This document shows, piece by piece, positions 12,401-24,122 of a DNA stretch of 64,000 bases. The DNA comes from Takakia lepidozioides. Lineage: Eukaryota > Plantae > Bryophyta. Under the pieces are notes generated by a model that saw only the letters and a list, made by a program, of their open reading frames with translations, did not search any database and was not told the origin of the DNA. Both the position numbers and the translations under genes were made by a program. The number at the start of each line of letters is the position of its first letter. The stretch's first letter is position 1. Location: the NCBI GenBank assembly GCA_030704615.1, contig CM060731.1, forward strand, positions 42,532,001 through 42,596,000, given 5' to 3'.

Positions 12401-12977
12401 GCCATCTCCTCCAACCGTTTGGCCCGTGAAGGTGGGAACACATCTCAGCTTTCAGGAGATTGAAATGCTGGAGGAGGCAGGTTTTTCCCTTGCGAGACAA
12501 CCCCAACTCCATGCATGTGCTACTACTCCTGCGTCCTCCCGGGTCCCTCCGACAAATCCTGACTTGTGGCCAACCAAACGAGATGGAAAGCTCGTTCGGC
12601 GTTTCCCTCCAACCGCTGAACACTTTGGCAAAGTGGAGTCCGCAAGAATGCTCCAAGCTCGTGTCGGAAGCACCACGGAAGTACCCGATCCAGGATATGG
12701 TCGGGTATTCACAATCATCACTTCCACATCTGCTGTTCATGACAGGACCTACGACATCACGGTTTCCAATTTCCCCAATTGCACATGTCCTGATTTTGTG
12801 AATATGCTATCAACCAGTTTGGGCAAGAGAGGTAAATTCATACCCTGCAAACATTTGTATTTCATATTTTTGAGGAGGATGGTTTGCGATCCCAAACGTG
12901 ACAACTTCATTCACCAGGCCACTATGAGTTTCAACGAGGTCGATACTCTTTTGCAACGGGATACAACACATGGGTAG
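9462..12977 (+). CDS. Mutator-like transposase with GCM-type zinc DNA-binding domain, DDE core and C-terminal SWIM finger, ~1132 aa; exons 9462-11474 and 11592-12977
   Basis: GCM-like DGHPW...RRTVCNGHLRC...CKFC...C.ARMYY...HFGFHNHP. MULE core FLMFDH...GFMADSAQANFNAIRIVF...ERTCLFHW, with the third acidic residue in CNLAETVH. SWIM motif CTCPDF...CKH. A phase-0 GT-AG intron (11475-11591) joins the two long ORFs. Confidence 0.85.
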
Positions 12978-13379
12978 CATGAACTATGTAATGTGGTATG
13001 TGGATGACCATGATTTGAAATGTGTAATTCACATCAATTCGTCGGCTGTGCAATGATATGGCCTCCAACTATACGGAGTGAGGTCTGAGTGACAACTTTT
13101 AGGTAGTGCACATTTGTCATTGCACCGTTCGAAGTCTACATGTCTTGCTGTCGCTATGCACTACAATCATCTTTTGAAGATGATCATAACTCTCATTGTT
13201 ATTTGAGGAGGGAGGAAGTCTTCTCGTGGCAGCCTTTATGGCGCACACTTTGTGAGGATATTTTGTCGTCTTCGTAATTGTAAAAGTGAAACAAACATTT
13301 GTAATTGCACAATGTTGGATGCTGCAATTGTAGGCCTCAACGCTCGTCTTGATTCTATTTAGGCAAGATTCCCTGCATT

Positions 13380-13620
13380 AATTCCACGGTCATAGGACCA
13401 TCCACGGTTATAGGCGGCGCATGTTAATGCTGACGTGGCAGTTGACGGACAGTGCCACGTCATCATTTACCGCCACATCAGCATGCTGACATGACGCTCA
13501 CGCCACGTCAGCATGTGTGCAGGCTCACGCCACGTGAGCTGGCGTGAGCGTACGCTCACGCCACGTCACTCCTGCGTGAGCGTACGCTCGCGCGCTCACG
13601 TGCAATGCTCACGCCATTGC
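13380..13620. repeat. Right terminal/subterminal region of the element with palindromes and repeated GCTCACGCCACGT
   Basis: Perfect 24-bp palindrome tggcgtgagcgtacgctcacgcca at 13540-13563. gctcacgccacgt occurs at 13496, 13523 and 13554. 13585-13602 matches 2726-2743 at 17/18. Confidence 0.75.
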
Positions 13621-14789
13621 GTCGTTGGACAGAGGCTGTGTGGTTGTCCTGGCGAGCAGAGGGAAAAACACGGAGACAGGAATTGCGAAGTGGACCCGCA
13701 AGAGCGCTGTCCCAATTCTGAAGACGAAGTGGACGTGCATCAACACATTGGGCCTTCGGTCGGAAGGGAAGAAGGTAATTAGGACATTAGCAATCGTCCT
13801 TTCATTTTGTAACATGTTTTGAAATGCGGTGCCGCATTCGATTTCTAATCGTTCCCCACTGTGTATGCAGACGAAGCAGTTCGATGCATACTGCTTTGTG
13901 AAGGAGAACTCGACCTTTGCTTTCCGGAGGGAGGGATTGTTGGTTGACCCGAACTGCGACCCCATTGATTACGACGTCCTGTTCAACAATGTTCCCACGG
14001 AACTCCTCCCCCATCGCCTCACTTCAACGGATCCCCTTGCGGACAAAAAATCACCCAGAAGGCTTTGCAAACTTACAATGTTTGCACTCACTCGTATTCC
14101 GGGTTCTCCTCGGCATCAATGTCCACTGTCTCTTCCTTGGAGTCCGACAAATCATCCGAGGAATCTTTCACTTCGATGGGAGCCTTCACATTCCGTTGAA
14201 GCCCTTCCAGATGAGATCCCTAGATGGATGTGTCCTCCTCGTAGGCAAAAAGGTGTCGGTCGCAAAATCGCCCAGTCCACATTGAGGCACCTGTTACAAT
14301 GCCATCCACTCATTAAAAAATGGCCCTTCACACATGGCGAATTTGAACATAATGAGAATTCACAGAATAGCACAGTACAAGAATCTGCATACCTGTTCCA
14401 CAGATGAGGCGACACATCCAGATCGACGATTCGAAGGCAACAAAACCGCGTAAGCCCGTCCCCGCGAGGCCCATCGTGGAAGCCAGGAAGGTACTCCAGA
14501 GCAGTCAAGCTCACCTGCCTCTGCTGAGACTCGTTTACCCAATCCTGCAAGAATGGATTGCAGACGTTGTACCGCCCCTGTTGATGTTCACCACAATGTC
14601 GTGCCCTTCAATCATACCACCATCAAATATGGAAAGCTTCACTTTTTCAATGTAGAAGAGGAGCACTCGTTCAGGAGTATACGTCTCTCCAATGGAGTCC
14701 ACCCACGTCCACTGACAGCAGTTCCACCGCAACAGCATAGCAGTGCGCATTCTTCTGCATGGGTGCCCGTCGTAGTTGCGCTTTCTCAT

Positions 14790-15422
14790 ACTACTGTTTT
14801 GTAGTATTTCTGATTCGGGGAAATATTGAGTTGTACAATCTTCTTGTTAGTGACTTCACTGTTGGTGCTGATGAGGAAGACAAGCCTTATCTCTGGCCTT
14901 ATTTGAAGTATGATGAGCGATTATTAAAAAAACTACAAGGTTTCTCTAAAGTGTTTTCAAGATGAGCATTTTCGACTAGCTGCAATATCTCACGATTAGG
15001 ATGTGTTGCACACATGACACTTTTTGATGGCTCATGTGCTTGAAGGTTGTCAAGACGACCATTTGTTTCTGTCTATAAAGCATAAATCTCGGGATACAAT
15101 TTGGTATAAGAAGAACATCAATTGTGGTGAAAGCTTTATACAGAATTGGATGCGGAACATAGCTAGAAACGTGGGAATTGAAGGTGACATCACAAATCGA
15201 TCTGGAAGAGTTACCAGTATCACCCGAATGGCTGCTGCTAATGGTCCTGGAGAGGTTATAGGATTGCTTATTGGTTACAAACAGTTGAAGACGTTAGATA
15301 GATACGATCGGACAAAAGAGCTCAAAGCAAGAGCTGCTAAGCTGTACTCTATGCGCCATATGATGAGAATACTGGAAACACTATTTTTCAAACCTTCAGA
15401 ACACAGGTCACGACTCTTTTGA
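14790..15422 (+). pseudogene. Degraded tyrosine-recombinase (Crypton/DUF3504-like) fragment
   Basis: FLIRGNIELYNL ... DDHLFLSI...WYKKNINCGESFIQNWMRNIARNVGIEGDITNRSGRVTSITRMAAA...IGYKQLKTLDRY resembles the YR pattern R...(T)NHSxR...TGH...Y. Reading frames are broken. Confidence 0.6.
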
Positions 15423-18034
15423 AGTTGGACGAGAATGTTCTAATATTGCCTTCAATGTATCTCAACTGTCTTCTGCTAGACCTTCTGATGTGATTGTTCC
15501 TTACCGACCTCAAATACCAGATGTATTCCTATGAATGTGCTGATTCATGGAAGAAGTCATTCCAGTTCTCAATGCCAGCCTCCTGGGTCTCTTTTTCAGC
15601 CTTATGGCGGCAGACAATTTCCTGGTCCAGTGAGGCCTCCTGAACGTGCTCCTGTTGGATATGGAGTTTCTCCTGATCACATGATTCATGGACCCAGTGC
15701 AAGTTCTTCTACGTTTCCCGGGTCTTCATTGGCACAGAGGTCAATTGGAGTTCATCCTCACAATCCTCCTACTGCTTTGTCCTATGAGGCTCCTCCAAAA
15801 TCACATGGGTTTGTTGCATGTGCGCGCTTGTAGGGACAAAGAACCTATACTCGGCATTGTGTTGTCTGAACATTCCCTAGAAATACGATGACATTGAGTT
15901 TACTCAAATTTACCGATGATGAAGCTACTCTAGCTAACGGTGGTACACCTCAACATTCTACAGATGTTGTTACTATTCAATGTGCTACTCCTGGACAGCG
16001 TAATGAAGAAGTTGGTGCTGTTCTTGATGCATTGGTTCCTGCAGTTTTAACATCGGGTCCACCTGTTTCTTTGACATCAGCTTCGCCTACAGTGTCTCAG
16101 CCATTGCTCTATGGATTATCTCCTAGCTTTGGTCCAAATTTCCATGGGACAGTGACTAATTCAGGTCTTCCATTTTCATGTGTGTGATCCTGCTCAATTC
16201 AAGGACTACATTGAATCTCCTTTTGGAATAATAACCAAGGAGATATACTTGATCAATACATAATACATTTGATGAGATTGGCACTGTTCAAATTTGTCAC
16301 ACCATTTACTGAGACAAGACTGAGACCGTATTTTTTCAGAGTTGATTTTTGTATAAAACCTTGATTTGGATTGCAAATCTATACAGCTGCAATCATGCAA
16401 ACGTGGGTCCCATAGTATCACTGAAAGGTGCCAATTGAAGGAGGGCTTGCAAGGCCAGTTATGGCACCCAAGGAAAATGAATGCCTATGATGCTGGATGT
16501 CGATTAGTAAGACCTAGGATTCTGAACCTGCAGGCACGCAAATTAAAATATTTCATTCATCAAGCTGCAAGCTGCTTACATCCATGCGCAGCCGGGTTAT
16601 CGATACTTTACATCCATGCGTAGCCAGATTATTGATTCCACCATCCAATGGGATGGTGGCTTGCTACCTGATAGGTAGGTAATTAGTAGCAAATCTTTTG
16701 ACGGTCGCAGGTTACCGCCTGTAACCAGCGTCCAGTGAGCTGGTCGTTAGTAGACACGTACTCGAGATGTTTCGAAAACCCGGTTATGGACTAGGTAGCC
16801 GGGGAGGCGAGACCCGCTACGGAGCGTAGTCGGACACCAAGAGTGTCGAGACGCAGTAGCGCAGAGGGATTCCCTGGTGTCAGGCTACACCCCGTAGCCG
16901 GTCAAGCCTCCCCCTCTACCGGGCATAACCGAGGTTCCTGGACGTAGTATTGAGCCACTAATGCACATTTTTTCTACGGGGTGTAGTAGAGCTGGCGGTG
17001 GTGGGCTACGGCGAGTGACAGGCTTGTCCAGGACAAGTTAAACGCTGCCACGTGGGCAAAATGCCTCCAAACCTCGGTTATGTCCAGTTTTTGGGCTGGC
17101 CCACCAAAATGGTGGTGGTCGCTTAAGGGGTAAAAACATTTTGCCGCGATATTGTACCATCTTTAAGACAATTGATACCATCTACATTGGTGGGAGAACA
17201 TTTGTGCAAAGCGAAAGGTTCCGAAATGTGCCGTTCGTATTGACATCTCAATAATTTGTCAAATGAGGTATTGCGTTCATCAGAAGTTGTGAAATCGGAC
17301 TTTCATCCAGTAATTATCTATTGCAATGAAACCCAACTACTCTCCGGAAAACCACTTATGCTCCTCTTGGACTTTGAGAAAGGTTGAGTGGCCAATGCTA
17401 TTTGCCACACTCCAGAGCTTGTAGCCTAAACTTCTACTCATTCAACGTGGCAAAGGCCTCTAAGTTTTGCCTGGCCTCGTGGTACGTTTGGTGAGAATGC
17501 AATCGCTAGACATATAAACAAAAATCCACAACCAGAAATTTCATAGGCAAAATAAACAAAAATTTAAAATGAAATTCTTAACCCAAATTCTCGTGGCACC
17601 TCTCTTCGCATTTGCACAATTTTATCTTTGCAGGCTGTCTAGGACTCGTCTCACCACCCTCTGTCCCATCTATCGTGTAAAGGGCCTACTATCGTGTGAG
17701 CACAACATGAGCACAATCCTCAGTCGCCTATAGGGATAACATGTTTATCATATTCTTTATTTGTTGTGAATTGTGCTCACGTGAATAGATGAAAATAGTT
17801 TCACAGGTTTTGTCGCATGGGCACATTCTCTCGGCTTGTTGTTTAGTTACAGCTTCTTTGTTCTATGCGATCTTTCTCTCCGTTTCTAGGTTCATTCTCT
17901 ATTTGGCTATCTCATCGTAAGCCTTCAGGGACTCTCAAGGTTATTTTTTCCATGGCCTTTTTAATGCATTTCCAGGGCTTCAGCCTCCCCTGAGCAGATT
18001 AGCAGATTACAAAAAAAAAAAAAAAAAACACCTG

Positions 18035-18290
18035 CGGCTGGTAGCTCAGTTGGATAAGTGCACTATGTGTCACCCTGGTTTGTGGGTATGATTTGTTTCG
18101 CGACTGGTTGGTCTGGGTCCGTGATGTTCCCGCTTGTGTGCCCAATGGAAAGGGGGTAGGGCCGGAATTGTGCGCAATAGCTCCCCGGTTTCCTTAGGGC
18201 CTTACCAAACGAGCGGCAATGGAAGTCCCCGCAAACTGCTGAAAAACTGCTGATTGGTCGATGGCTCGTAAACTGACACCCTCAGCTACC
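18035..18290 (+). mobile_element. Probable tRNA-derived SINE or tRNA-like relic next to an A-tract
   Basis: gcggctggTAGCTCAGTTGGataagtgc is a Pol III A-box/tRNA 5' half. The B-box is degenerate and no full cloverleaf forms. Poly(A) lies at ~18011-18028. The 3' boundary is approximate. Confidence 0.45.
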
Positions 18291-18816
18291 ACACGGGAGG
18301 AACGGCAACGAGAAGGCCATATGACGTGGTGCTTATGTGGAGCCTCTCTGTAAAAGTAGGATTTCCAGGGACTATTGCCTGGAAATCCGAAAAGTTCGGG
18401 AACTGCTTTGTCGCGAGCTGCTCTTTCTCGCCGTGGCCCTCATCTGGTTCATTCATTTTTGCTTCTCAACAATATGTTCCCATGCCTCATGTGGTAGCGT
18501 TGGTTTGTTTTTGCTGACATGGGCCTACTCTCCTTAACATAACGGTTGCTACAATCCTAGCCAAGGACTCCCATGTCACTCGACTGCCGCTCGTGTGGTA
18601 ACGCCCTTAGAAAAAGGAATAAAGAAAATGGATTAAGGTCTGGTGCATGGAAGGATCATATAGACGAATAAACCTTTCGTCCTTTTTTCTGGTCCAGTTG
18701 CTTCGTTCGTTCTGAAAACCCTAAATCTGAGGCGAGCTAGAAGAATACTCTCTTTGTCTGCTGCTCTCTGGAGCTCGCGTGGTGCTGCAGGTGTGCGGGC
18801 TGTGGAGTCGCTCAGA

Positions 18817-19777
18817 ATGGCTGCGCCTATCAAGCCTGGGAAGGTTGGAGTTGAGGAGGCTGTCGAGACTGTGCACAGAATTCGTATCACCCTGTCTTCC
18901 AAGAGTGTGAAGAACCTTGAGAAAGGTGTGCCTGTTTTTACCGCAAGTTTGAAGGGTTTTGGTTTTTAGTTCAGTAGGTGATGCTTTTGAAGTGTTATCG
19001 ATATAAATATGTTGAGATTTTACCTAAGGGGATGGGTAGGTGAGAATTAGTGTATTCCTGGGTATTGTGTGTGATAGAGAGGAGAGAAAGAGGATAGCAT
19101 GTTTCCGGAAGTGTGGGAGAGAGTGGGGAGGAGAAAAGAAGGTATGAGGATGTCAGACCATGTAGAGACTGCACAGTTGCCGAACTGAGTTGTTTTTACA
19201 TGGAAATTGCAGTGTGTGCTGATTTGATCAAGGGTGCCAAGGACAAGCGACTGAAAGTGAAGGGGCCAGTACGCATGCCCACCAAGGTGCTGCGCATCAC
19301 CACCCGGAAATCTCCATGTGGAGAAGGTATGGTTCACTGTCACGGAGACGGAGAGAGATGACGACAGGCCCTAAATTCTATGACTGTAGTTTACGAGATC
19401 CCAAATTGTGTGGAAGGGGGTTTGTTTATACTGGTGCACATGTTGAAGCTCGTGTGTGGCTGGATTTCTGCAGCGAGCTTCATCTGGAGTTTGAATGAGT
19501 GGAATTGCATCAGTTTGTTGTATCTTCAGTTTACATGCTTGAGCTCTGCAAATAGGCATTCTTCTCGTACGGTTCCTTTCTTTTCCATCTTCTCTTCTTG
19601 TAGCTTGTTCTGAAATAGGGTCTTGTCGGGCCAGGTACCAACACATGGGATGGATTTGAACTGCGGGTGCATAAACGCGTTATTGATTTGCACAGCCCTT
19701 CAGAAGTGGTGAAGCAGATCACGTCTATCACCATAGAACCTGGTGTTGAGGTTGAGGTGACCATTGCTGACGTTTAA
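18817..19777 (+). CDS. RPS20: 40S ribosomal protein S20 (uS10), 121 aa; exons 18817-18925, 19213-19326, 19635-19777
   Basis: [99 protein letters not shown]; canonical splice sites. Confidence 0.95.
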
Positions 19778-21151
19778 ATGAATACACTGGCAAGCTGTAT
19801 TTGACGTGGTTTCAATATGTCGCGTGATGGGTTATTAGTTTCTAGTGTTAGGGATGCTTTATAAATCTGCCGTAGAGGGATGAGCGGATTTATGCCAAAG
19901 CTTCAGAAATCCACACAAGGGAGAGTTAGATTATTCTGCAATTGCTGTAAGCTCTCAAGGGGCCCAGACCAGAGCCAGAGAGAAGTATTACTGTGTGATT
20001 TTTGTCTCTTCATATTCTTTGGTTCATCTCAGACCAACAGCCAACTGGTGCTTCCTTCTTTATGGTGCCCTTCACTCCTTCTGCATCTCCATCTCACCCT
20101 TCCCCGCCTCTAGAATCTCCCTCCTCTGTCACCTCCAAAATCACTTATTCATTTTCCTGTGAAGCGGCGCTTGCCTTCCTCCCCCTTCTTCCCCTCCCTC
20201 TACCATTGTCTCTCCACTCCCTGCTTGCCACCTGACTGATCTCTTCCCCCCCAGAATGAACCAGCCTCTGCATCTTGGTGATATGGTTGGTGCCAATAGG
20301 TTCAATTGCCTAGGCTGCTTCAAGTTTCTGACATAATTGATATTAGCAGCTAGCTGGCTGTCATTCTGCATGCCAACCATCAAAACAATCATCCCTAACA
20401 CGGTTTCAATATGTGGCATGATTATGGGTTTTTAGTTTCTAGTGTTAGGGATGATTGTCAACCAGCAAAATTGTTGATGGTTGTCTTGGCACTACCTTTC
20501 TGTGTCGTGGTGAGCTTGGCCATGCTTGAGCATGTCAATCCCTCCTCCCCCCCAGGTCTCCAGTCCTGCATCCATCACCCTCATCTTATGTGCCCACTCG
20601 ACATCAAAATTGGAAATGCTCTAGAGCTCCTGGTATACGTGCAGACAATTTTGGTGCACCGAAACACGAGAACATAAAAGAATGCATTGATCGATTTGCT
20701 GAATGATTCGCACGGTGACAGTCGAGCTTATACTTCACAAAAAAGAGAGGAGTCACACTGAAGCCATTGTTGCAAACAAGGGCCTCAAACCTCTCTTGTA
20801 GGTTCTGCATTGTTCAACGCCAAGCGTAGAAGCGTTGAAGAAACCCAGCATCGAAGTGCAGAAGTGATTACATATATGAAGAGTAACCATCGCTGCATGT
20901 AAGAAAACTTGAGATGCTTAGGAACCTCAAACTTCAAAGCTGCCATGACCTGCTGAAACTGGCGTTACCTACTAAACTCTGAAAGCAACGAGGTTAAAAG
21001 AAGAAAGAACTTTATACTTAGTCTACAATCACAGCATCAAAGACACACAACGTGGCCATCCCGTAGACCCAACAACACAAAGCCTATCACCACTTGTCCT
21101 GCAGCTCACAGATGGTGGGTGGCTGGGATTCGGAGTGTGGGTTTTGCAGCT

Positions 21152-22356
21152 ATGGCTTCTTCACCAGTAGTCTTTCCATCTCTCACAGCGGACAGTGCAT
21201 GAGGCCAACAGCAGGGTCTTTCCATCTTCTCATGCATACCTATCCTTCGGGGTCCGGCCTAAGCCCACAAAGGTGGTGAGAGCTGTGAGAGGTGTTGCGG
21301 AAGTACAGGAGAAGTGGGAAAGTTTGGACGATGACATGATAGACTATCTCACCAGGTCTGCGAGACTTGTCCAGTGGTATCCTGGGCACATTGCCAAAGC
21401 AGAGAGATCACTGAAGGAGACCACTGGACAAGTCTCGCAGACCTTGTGATCAATGGTATCAATGTGTATCAATGTGCGATGGACAAGTCACTTGATCAGG
21501 GTGATCACTTGATCAATTGTGTATCAATGTGGACTGGTATCAATGTGCGATGATGTGCTGAGTGCGATGCTGTAATCGAAGTGAGGGATGCGCGCATACC
21601 AATGCTACCACCCACCGGGAGATTGATGCGTGGATTGGCGAGAGGTTGAAGATTCTAGTGTTGAATCGAGAGGATATGGTGTCAACAGCTGATAAGAATG
21701 CATGGGCAACCTACTATGGGCGCCAGGGTGTCCCCACCCTCTTCACAGATGGTCGGCGAGGTGCTGGTACAATGAAGCTCTCCAGAATGGCACGGTCGGT
21801 TGCCATCAGCATCAATGCCAAGCGGCGTGCCAAAGGCCTTTAACCTCGAAATGTGCGAGCAGCAGTCGTTGGGTATCCAAATGTGGGCCAGTCTTCTATC
21901 ATCAACCGCTTGCTCAAACGAAGGATGTGTGAGACTGCCCCACGGCCGGGTGTTACCCGTGATCTCAAGTGGGCACGAATCGCGGAAGGGCTGGACTTGC
22001 TGGATGCGCCAGGAGTATTGCCCCTGAGGATTCAGGACCAGGCTGCTGCAACCAGATTGGCGATCTGTAATGATATTGGAGAGGGATCGTATGCGGTTGC
22101 TGGAGTGGCATCAGTGCTGGTGGATATGATAAAGCGCATTCCGTCTGCTGGGGTTCTAGTACTGGAGGAGCGCTACAAGCTCAATGCAGCGGCGTTGTCT
22201 GGAGAAGCATTCTTAGAGGAACTGGCCCAGGGGTTGTTCATGGGGGATGTGAACCAGGCTGCCCATCGTGTGCTTCGTGATTACTGGAAGGGAGCGTTTG
22301 GCTGGCTTGCACTCGAACGTCCTCCTTCTGCAAGGGACCAACTTGCGGTGGGGTGA
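21152..22356 (+). pseudogene. Disrupted plastid-type RbgA/YlqF circularly permuted GTPase (DGP3-like)
   Basis: Motifs VQWYPGHIAKAE, VIEVRDARI, LVLNREDM, VVGYPNVGQSSIIN, PGVTR and LDAPG. Disruptions: in-frame TAA at 21841, P-loop K replaced by Q, a frameshift near 21600 and a ~140-bp scrambled insertion. Confidence 0.85.
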
Positions 22357-23999
22357 AGAGTCCACTTTTTCTCATTTTCAGTTCATCAATTGCAACAGTC
22401 GCCTGGTAACGCTGGAACCCAAACTGTAGTATAGCAGTGGTAATCGCATCCTTACCAACAAGCATTCAACTAAGATATCGCTGCACACCCCTGTTTTTCA
22501 AGGACACAAGCAACAGAACTTGGAACAGCTTTGAACCTGCATATGAACGATATGGAAGAGCTGGAACACCGCACACACAAGCCCTAAATCCATTGGGAAT
22601 CCTTAGGTGCTGAAGGCAGCTCCATCCAGAGATTTCATCAACCAGCCAGCAAGAGGTCATGGATTTGCAAGCCATTTATCAACACACCTACAGTTGAAGC
22701 ACTGTCTAGGAGCTTCCTCCTCTATGACAGTTTTAGAATGTTCGAGTCAGTATTTGTCAGGCTGTTTCATGTGGGCATGATGCCGCTATATTGACGGAAA
22801 CAAATATCGTCCTTCTCCTCAACCTGCCCATATTGATCTGTACAAAGATGCTAGGAAGCTCTCAATTTTTCTCTCTTTAGCAGCATTTTGTCCCACAGTG
22901 AGCCAATGCTGACACCTGCAGGCTGCTCACAGAATTATATCCCAAGGGTTTTCCTGATGAATCAATGGCCACATGTCCATGACATCTATACAACATATTG
23001 GATGGACACCACCTCTCTCTCTCTCAGCTCCCATTAGGCCAGAACTAGGTATTCTGGCAGTTCTCATAGTCGATGTCACTCTGTTCCCTCTTTTGCTGTG
23101 ACTTGGAAAGAATTATGCTGACTGAAATCACGTAACAATTTCAAACCCATACTTGATGTCCTTGTTCAGTACTAGCCTCCTAGTTACCACTGGCACTCTC
23201 AACTTCAGGCTAGGGCCTAAGCCAGAGAGAACTTTGGGGAGGGGCTGAGTGGAAGACAAAAGGTTGAAACTCCTTTGCAGCTGACAAGGAATGGAGATAT
23301 GAGTATGGACTTAAACTTACCTGCTCTACCCATCAGTCAGACACCATGAGACAGAGAGGCACTACATGTAATGAACATGATCCCCTCACACCCCCACCTG
23401 CCAACACATGCCTGTGTGCACACCTGGAAGTCTAATAGGTACAATGTCTCTTCAATTTCACAGAACAGCCTCCTGTCCTATGGACACATTTACTTCTCTC
23501 TAACTTATATAGGAAAAACTGAACAGGAGGGAGCACAGTGTCACTCCATGCACATGCAACATCAGACTGTGGACTGGTCCATTAGACTGATGGACCAGGA
23601 AGGCCATCACAAAAGCTATTTTTGTCTCTGACTACTTTTATGTAGTATTTGTTTTCCCTTTTCTTCACAGGGACCTTCAAGAGCCTAGAGGTACTAACTA
23701 CTAACCGCCTGCTTCACAATAAAGACTGTACTTGAAGACTTCATTTGGAAAACAAAAGCCTGCAGTGCACAATTATGATCGTAACAACTTCTTGTATTTC
23801 ATCATAATCACTGCCAACACCCGAGCCACCCCAACCACTCGGAATTGGATCAATTCCCCACTTGACCATCTGTAGGCTGCACACACCACCTTATTACTGC
23901 TCACAATGAAGTGACAAGCCTCCAAAATGGCCTTGGAAATGTGATGGAGAGGAGAGGTTTGGCACCTTTTTCTGGGTTTTGGAGTTGGGGACAAGGAGG

Positions 24000-24031
24000 A
24001 GAGAGAGAAAACGGAACAGAGACAGAGACAC

Positions 24032-24062
<31 letters not shown>
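24000..24062. repeat. (GA)n-rich microsatellite upstream of the BTB gene start
   Basis: gagagaga... tract visible directly. Confidence 0.85.
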
Positions 24063-24063
<1 letters not shown>

Positions 24064-24122
24064 ATGGAGAGACGGCGCTTTCATCGCCAGTGCCCCGTCT
24101 CTTGGGGGCTCTCCGCAGTTCC

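Larger units (their letters stand above)
2763..13620. mobile_element. Mutator(MULE)-like DNA transposon carrying a GCM-DDE-SWIM transposase and a divergent ParB-like/DNA-methyltransferase-like cargo gene; exact termini uncertain
   Basis: Two intact divergent spliced genes ~850 bp apart. The right end (13380-13620) is rich in palindromic GCTCACGCCACGT motifs, also found at the terminus of the inverted copy (2700-2745). No TSD could be defined. Confidence 0.75.

Noticed and set aside
9671-12740. Long antisense ORFs (e.g. 10059-10670, 11561-12286)
   Set aside because: Shadow ORFs of the transposase.
18035-18110. Functional tRNA gene
   Set aside because: No intact T-loop/B-box or acceptor stem.
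19808-20453. ~50-bp direct repeat (19808 and 20402) as LTRs or a TSD
   Set aside because: Too short, no TG..CA ends or PBS; looks like a local duplication of RPS20 3' sequence.
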